A DNA stretch of 64,000 nt from an uncultured Chloroflexia bacterium (lineage in GTDB: Bacteria; Chloroflexota; Chloroflexia; QHBQ01; JADMIH01), in the NCBI GenBank assembly GCA_963797095.1, contig CAWCNY010000002.1, positions 512,001 through 576,000 on the forward strand, written 5' to 3'. This document shows, piece after piece, positions 58,888-64,000 of the stretch. The first letter of the stretch is position 1. The number at the start of each line of letters is the position of its first letter. The notes beneath the pieces were generated by a model. The model ran no database searches. It saw only the letters and a program-made list of their open reading frames with translations, and was not told the origin of the DNA. The position numbers and the translations under genes were made by a program.

Positions 58888-60222
58888 ATGGCTAAACCAT
58901 TCTCCGAAATCCCGCTTGTAGATGTCACACCATTTGATGAAGCCTTTTGGCGAGGCGACCTGTGCGCCACTATGGCCCAGGCCGCGCACGAATATGGCCC
59001 CGTATTCCGCTGGATCCCAACTTCACCCGAAGAGGCCGGGCAAATGCGCCTCTCTATGGTCGGCCCCGAAGCCAATCGCTTCGTTATGAACTCCCATCGC
59101 CAGCACTTCAGCCATGAGATCGGCTGGTCGCCCCTCATCAATGAAACCATGGGTCGTGGCCTCCTAACCATGGACGACCCCGAACACGCTATCCATCGCA
59201 AGATGTGGAATCCCGCCTTCGCCGCCTCATATATGGGCACCTACCTCCCAATTATGCAAAGAGTGGTTGAAGAGCGCACCGCTCGATGGCCCCAGTTAGG
59301 TGAGATCGACCTCTATTCCGAAGCGCGCGAGATCACATTCGATATCGCGGCGGCGGCCCTTGCGGGCTTTGATAGAGGTGAGCAGGTGGACAACCTTCGC
59401 ACCCTCTTCTATGGCCTCCTCCATGGCTTCGACGAGAGCGTACCGTTTGAGGAGTATGTGGCGGGCTTCTATGCATCCCGCGACAAACTATTCCACATAC
59501 TCACAGATATGATCGCAGAGCGCCGCGCCGCCGCGCCCGAAGAAAGGCCACGCGATGTCCTTAGCCTGATCGTCCACGCTCGCGATGACCAGGGGCAACC
59601 CCTCACCGATATGCAGGTGCTCGGCCACCTCAATATCCTCCTGGTAGCCGGCCACGAGACTACCACCACTCTCAGTACCTGGGCGCTCTACCTCCTCTCC
59701 ACTATGCCCGAACATCGCGACCGCATCCTGGCCGAGCTTTCGGCTTCAATGAATGGCAATGATGAGCCATCCATCGAAGCCATCAGGAGCCTCAAGCACC
59801 TGGACAACTTTGTGCGCGAGACAGGCAGGATGTACCCGCCTGTCATCAATGTCCCGCGTGGTGTCGTTGATGACGTCGAGTTCGCGGGCTATACCATCCC
59901 CAGGGGCACGGTTGTGCGCCTGAGTCTCGGCGCTTGCCACTATCTCCCTTCTGTCTGGACCGACCCACAGACTTTTGACCCCGACCGATTGGCCCCGCCC
60001 CGCGAGGAAGATAAAAGCACCCCTTATTCCCTCGTCACATTCGGTGGCGGTCCCCGAGTCTGCATAGGCCAGCATTTTGCCCTGATAGAAACGAAAGCTC
60101 TCGTCGCCCATGTCCTGCGCAACTACCTCCTTGAGCCTGTAACATCCACCAGGCCGGTGCTTGCCGGGTTTTTCAACTCGTTCATACCAGGCGGTGTGCC
60201 TATGCGTGTTCGTTCTCTCTGA
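58888..60222 (+). CDS. Cytochrome P450
   Basis: AGHETT, ETGR (ExxR), FDPDR, FGGGPRVCIG heme ligand. Confidence 0.95.
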   Translation: MAKPFSEIPLVDVTPFDEAFWRGDLCATMAQAAHEYGPVFRWIPTSPEEAGQMRLSMVGPEANRFVMNSHRQHFSHEIGWSPLINETMGRGLLTMDDPEHAIHRKMWNPAFAASYMGTYLPIMQRVVEERTARWPQLGEIDLYSEAREITFDIAAAALAGFDRGEQVDNLRTLFYGLLHGFDESVPFEEYVAGFYASRDKLFHILTDMIAERRAAAPEERPRDVLSLIVHARDDQGQPLTDMQVLGHLNILLVAGHETTTTLSTWALYLLSTMPEHRDRILAELSASMNGNDEPSIEAIRSLKHLDNFVRETGRMYPPVINVPRGVVDDVEFAGYTIPRGTVVRLSLGACHYLPSVWTDPQTFDPDRLAPPREEDKSTPYSLVTFGGGPRVCIGQHFALIETKALVAHVLRNYLLEPVTSTRPVLAGFFNSFIPGGVPMRVRSL

Positions 60223-60266
60223 CCATTAATAGCCAGATCAGCGGTTGGATCACTGGAGGTGTAGCT

Positions 60267-60962
60267 TTGACCGGCATATCTGATGATACTACCCTGGATC
60301 GCCAGGTTCGGACTCACATTTACGACATACTCTTATCAGGTGGCAAGATGCCTTTGGCTGCCGATGTGGCCCGGCATCTCGCCATAGATTTAGACCGTCT
60401 GCACTCCTCTTTCCGGCGCTTGAAAGATGCCCACATCCTTGTGCTCCAGGAAGGCGATCAAGAAATACTGATGGCTAATCCCTTCTCGGCTGTGCCGACA
60501 CCCTTCCTGGTGGAATCCGGCTCTAGCTCGTGGTGGGGCAACTGCATCTGGGATTCTCTTGGTATCGCCGCTATGATCAAGCGGGATGCCCGCATCACCA
60601 CCGGCTGTGGCGATTGCAACGATTCTATGGCCCTTCTCGTTCAGGATGGCTCGTTGCGACTGGAGAATGGCGACGGCATAATACACTTCTCCGTCCCTGC
60701 CCGGCGTTGGTGGGACAATATCAAGTTCACCTGAAAAACAATGTTGCTCTTCAGGTCGGAAGAGCACATCGACCGGTGGTGCGCGGCCTGGGGTCAGCCT
60801 CGCGGCGGCACACTCAGCCTCGATCAGGTCTGGCAACTCGCCGTTGCCTGGTATGGTCAGGATCGCAGGGACGAGGATTGGCGTCGGAAGACCCTCGAAG
60901 AAGCTACAGCCGTCTTCGAAGACATCGGCATGACGGGACCGTTCTGGCAACTATCGGGCTAG
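60267..60962 (+). CDS. MerB-like organomercurial lyase family protein, probable selenoprotein (UGA at 60732-60734 read as Sec)
   Basis: wHTH, ANPFSAVPTP, NCIWD (Cys-x2-Asp), CGDC; ORFs 60267-60734 and 60741-60962 are in one frame across TGA (WDNIKFT-U-KTMLLFRSEEH); GGAGG RBS before TTG. Confidence 0.8.
60741..60769 (+). promoter_or_regulatory. Candidate bacterial SECIS element
   Basis: TGCTCTTC-AGGTCG-GAAGAGCA hairpin; loop starts 18 nt after the UGA with G at loop position 2. Confidence 0.7.
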
Positions 60963-60983
60963 AATACCCCTCCGGAGAGCAGT

Positions 60984-61980
60984 ATGAGATATTTCATCAC
61001 AGGGGCCACCGGCTTCATTGGTGGCACTATCGCTCGGCAACTTATAGAGGCGGGCCACCAGGTAATAGCCCTCGTCCGTACCCCTTCCAAATCGACTGAG
61101 CTAGCCAAACTGGGAGCCGAACTCCACCCAGGCGACATCACGGACAAGGAAAGCATGCGCGCACCCATGAATGGTGCAGATGGTGTTTTCCATATTGCCG
61201 CCTGGTACAAGATCGGCCTGCGCGATAGCAGCATGGCCGAACACCTGAACGTGGACGGTACGCGCAACGTCCTTGAGTTGATGCGCGACCTGAATATACC
61301 CAAAGGCGTGTACACAAGCACCCTCGCGGTCTTCGGCGATACGCACGGCAAGATGGCGGATGAAGTCATATTATGACGGCGGCCCCTGGCTCAGCGAATA
61401 CGACCGTACAAAATGGATGGCGCATTACAAGGTGGCCTTGCCAATGATCAATGATGGCCTGCCCCTTGTCATTGTGCAGCCCGGTCTGGTCTATGGTCCG
61501 GGCGATACAAGCTCATTCCACGATATGTGGGTTCAATATCTGAAGCGTCGCCTCCCGGCTTCGCCCAAACGTGTAACTTACTGCCCGGCTTACGTGGAAG
61601 ATATAGCCCACGGCCATATCCTGGCGATGGAGCGCGGCAAGGTAGGCGAGAGCTATATCATAGCCGGGCCATGCCACACCCTGATCGATATATTGGCCCG
61701 CGCCCAGCGGATCACAGGAGTGCCCGCGCCGCGTCTTCATCCATCGCCCGGTTCCATGCGTACATTGGCGGGTGTTATGGGTGCGGTAGGTAAAATAGCT
61801 CCTTTACCACCCAATTTGAGCGCTGAGTATCTACGCATTAGTTCGGGTGTTACGTATCTTGGCTCTAATGAGAAAGCGCGGCGAGAACTGGGTTACAACC
61901 CGCGCTCGCTGGACGAAGGCCTTCCCGAAACCCTTGAATACGAGATGAGCCTCCTTGGCATGAAACCCCACCCAAAATGA
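60984..61980 (+). CDS. NAD-dependent epimerase/dehydratase (extended SDR), split by a +1 frameshift at about 61363
   Basis: TGATGFIG, YxxxK (YDRTK); removing one A of GATGAAGTCA gives continuous ADESYYDGG. Confidence 0.85.
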
Positions 61981-62109
61981 GTAGAAACTGAGCAGAATCC
62001 GGCATGGATCATGAGCAATCCCCTCCCGTATCCTCTTACCGGTGAGAAGTGGCTTCTCCTGATAAGCAGCACACAAATGGAGTGCAATACACCATAAGAG
62101 GGGATAACT

Positions 62110-62565
62110 ATGATAGCTCAAAGACAAATCCCGCAGGGTTTGCGGATCGCTTTTCTGTCCTACTCTATCTTCACATTGATATTCGGGCTGGCGGGTACAT
62201 TCGCTGCTAAGTTGGTCGGTGATGTTGCCGGGCACCAGGTGCGCGATGCAGATGTAAACTCCATGCTGGGTGTCGTTTCGCTGGCCCTCGCCATCGGCTC
62301 ATGGTTGGCCTACAGGGCCTCCTCCTGGGAGCAAATTCGCATCCTTACCATCATGGTCACGTTCAACAACCTTTTCGGGGGCATAGGAGGCATGATCGCC
62401 TTCTTCTTCCCCTCAATCTTTGGGCTGGCAGAACCCTTCCCACCTGTGCAGCTAATCGTATCTATCGCCCTCTCCCTCTTCGGGGTTGCCTTTGCCTATT
62501 ACTACTTCTCAGTTGCACCTGAAACTCGATCTGCGCGCAACGAAGCTCCCGCCGCTGCAAAGTAA
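62110..62565 (+). CDS. Small 4-TM membrane protein
   Basis: GAGGG RBS; hydrophobic helices. Confidence 0.7.
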   Translation: MIAQRQIPQGLRIAFLSYSIFTLIFGLAGTFAAKLVGDVAGHQVRDADVNSMLGVVSLALAIGSWLAYRASSWEQIRILTIMVTFNNLFGGIGGMIAFFFPSIFGLAEPFPPVQLIVSIALSLFGVAFAYYYFSVAPETRSARNEAPAAAK

Positions 62566-62626
62566 TCCACGTTGGAAGCAATGATAGGGCAGATTATCCT
62601 GCCCCATCACAAACAAGATCGGCCCC

Positions 62627-64000
62627 TTATTTGCCCTGCTGCTTCAGCCTCTCTTCCAGGGCGCGCTTAGCCATCTCCTCATACTCTGGCGTTCCCGGCT
62701 TGGGCTTTTGCCCCGAAGGTGGCGTTGCCGGTTGGTCAGAAGGAGTGCTCTGGGCCGAAGTCTCCGGTGAGTAAAGCGGTCCGGATGAGGTTTGCGCCGT
62801 TCCAAATGGCGAGGTATCCAAAGGTGCGGTCCCACTACTGGGTCCCCTGCGCTGTTCTATGGCGCGTCTTGCCATCTCCTCGTACTCTGGAGTCCCCGGT
62901 TGCGGTCTCTGCCCCGGGGGCGGTATCGCAGGTTGCACAGGAGGAGGCGGGCCAGGCTTCGGCACAGGTTCAGCACCATAGCCATAAGGCGGGGTCGGAT
63001 TGGAATACGACGGAGTGCTCAGAGGCGATGTAGCAGGCTGGCTTGCAGTCGCTGCCTGCCCCATGCTCTGCTCCATAACCCGCCGAGCCATCTCTTCGTA
63101 TTCTGGCGTCCCCGGTTTGGGCCGCTGACCGGGAGGTGGCATTACAGGCCCCGGTTGCGTCGTAGGCGCAGTCGCCCCCGCAGACGAGCTTTGTGTGTAT
63201 GATTGGAATACCGGGTTGGATGGTGGCTCCAGCCTGTTTCCCTGGCTTGCTGACGAGCCTTGTGTCGCAACCGCAGGTGTGTCGTCGCCTGGCTTCCACG
63301 ATGGGACTTCACCTGCGTGTTGCTCGTCTTCGTGTGACGTGGAATTGTCAAACGTATAGACTGTGGTAGCAAACTCCTCGTTATCCGGCTCCTGCGCATC
63401 CGTTGTGGCTGACTCGCTGCCAGGGGCCGTATCAGCTTGCCCCCAGGTCGGCGCAGTATAAGTATCACTCTGTCCTTCTTCGGACGCTGGCTGCTCCTGT
63501 ACGCTCTCAAACGTTGGGGTAAAGCTTGGGCTGTTATCGCCCCCATCGCTCGTGCCCTGCCAGGAGAAAAGCTCGCTGAAAGAGATCACCTCCGGCTGTG
63601 ATTGCATTCCACTAGGTTCCGGCTGAACCCGCATCTGAACGGCTTCTGCTTCGGCAGATGGCGGCTCGGCTGCCTCCAATTCTGCTCCCGTTGCCTTATA
63701 CGGTTCATCTACACCCATTGCTGCCATAGCCTGTCCAGCCCCATCATCCGGCGAGCCACTTTGCTCCTCTACTCCAGTTTCTCCTTGTAATGCAATTATC
63801 GGGATGGGCGTATCAGATACTTCGCTATCATCCTCCACTACAGCTACAGCATCTTCCTGTGTTAGCAAATCTTCCCTGGGCGCTTCGGAGGTGTCTTCTG
63901 CCGCTTGCGCGTCCGTATCGTTCTCATCTGGTGCTGAACTTACGGCATCCTCAGTTTCCTCACTCTGGTCCGGCAGGTCAGGCATTTGAGGGAGTGGCCC
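62627..64000 (-). CDS. C-terminal part of a large acidic/Pro-rich protein with three PPxGQ(R/K)PxPGTPEYEEMA(R/K)R repeats (partial)
   Basis: Reading frame open to the window edge; triplicated motif. Confidence 0.75.
   Translation of the reverse strand, partial: GPLPQMPDLPDQSEETEDAVSSAPDENDTDAQAAEDTSEAPREDLLTQEDAVAVVEDDSEVSDTPIPIIALQGETGVEEQSGSPDDGAGQAMAAMGVDEPYKATGAELEAAEPPSAEAEAVQMRVQPEPSGMQSQPEVISFSELFSWQGTSDGGDNSPSFTPTFESVQEQPASEEGQSDTYTAPTWGQADTAPGSESATTDAQEPDNEEFATTVYTFDNSTSHEDEQHAGEVPSWKPGDDTPAVATQGSSASQGNRLEPPSNPVFQSYTQSSSAGATAPTTQPGPVMPPPGQRPKPGTPEYEEMARRVMEQSMGQAATASQPATSPLSTPSYSNPTPPYGYGAEPVPKPGPPPPVQPAIPPPGQRPQPGTPEYEEMARRAIEQRRGPSSGTAPLDTSPFGTAQTSSGPLYSPETSAQSTPSDQPATPPSGQKPKPGTPEYEEMAKRALEERLKQQGK

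Noticed and set aside
1-64000. tRNA, rRNA, integrase or phage structural genes
   Set aside because: No such signatures seen on reading either strand

Overview
A GC-rich bacterial window, most likely Chloroflexota (inferred from the SLH-tail style, the FPETG..GGL..GYPISEE repeat protein and a GAAC-N4-GTTC box). From left to right it contains: (i) the left end of an ISAs1-family IS and a decayed XRE/serine-recombinase module; (ii) a 22-kb tandem array of four giant secreted modular beta-propeller (BNR/Kelch) surface proteins, two with SLH tails, that share near-identical 0.5-0.75 kb DNA modules; (iii) housekeeping and envelope genes (GGT, DJ-1/PfpI, tatA, GT9, Ser/Thr kinase-PQQ, C39-like peptidase, L,D-transpeptidase, GT-C and GT2 glycosyltransferases); (iv) a complete but inactivated IS701-like element; (v) an internally deleted comM/yifB whose 3' end is duplicated and brackets cargo genes (hydrolase and GH13), followed by a DUF1778-GNAT toxin-antitoxin pair; (vi) assorted enzymes, a cyclase-STAND-TPR protein, and a PPOX-P450-MerB-like-SDR operon. 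The strongest hidden signal is that the two MerB-like ORFs are one gene with an in-frame UGA at the catalytic Cys position followed by a SECIS-like hairpin, i.e. a probable selenoprotein. Heptamer tandem repeats (also inserted in frame within a gene) and long perfect palindromes occur throughout. No tRNA, rRNA or CRISPR array was seen. All family assignments are from motif recognition by eye; no database search was run.
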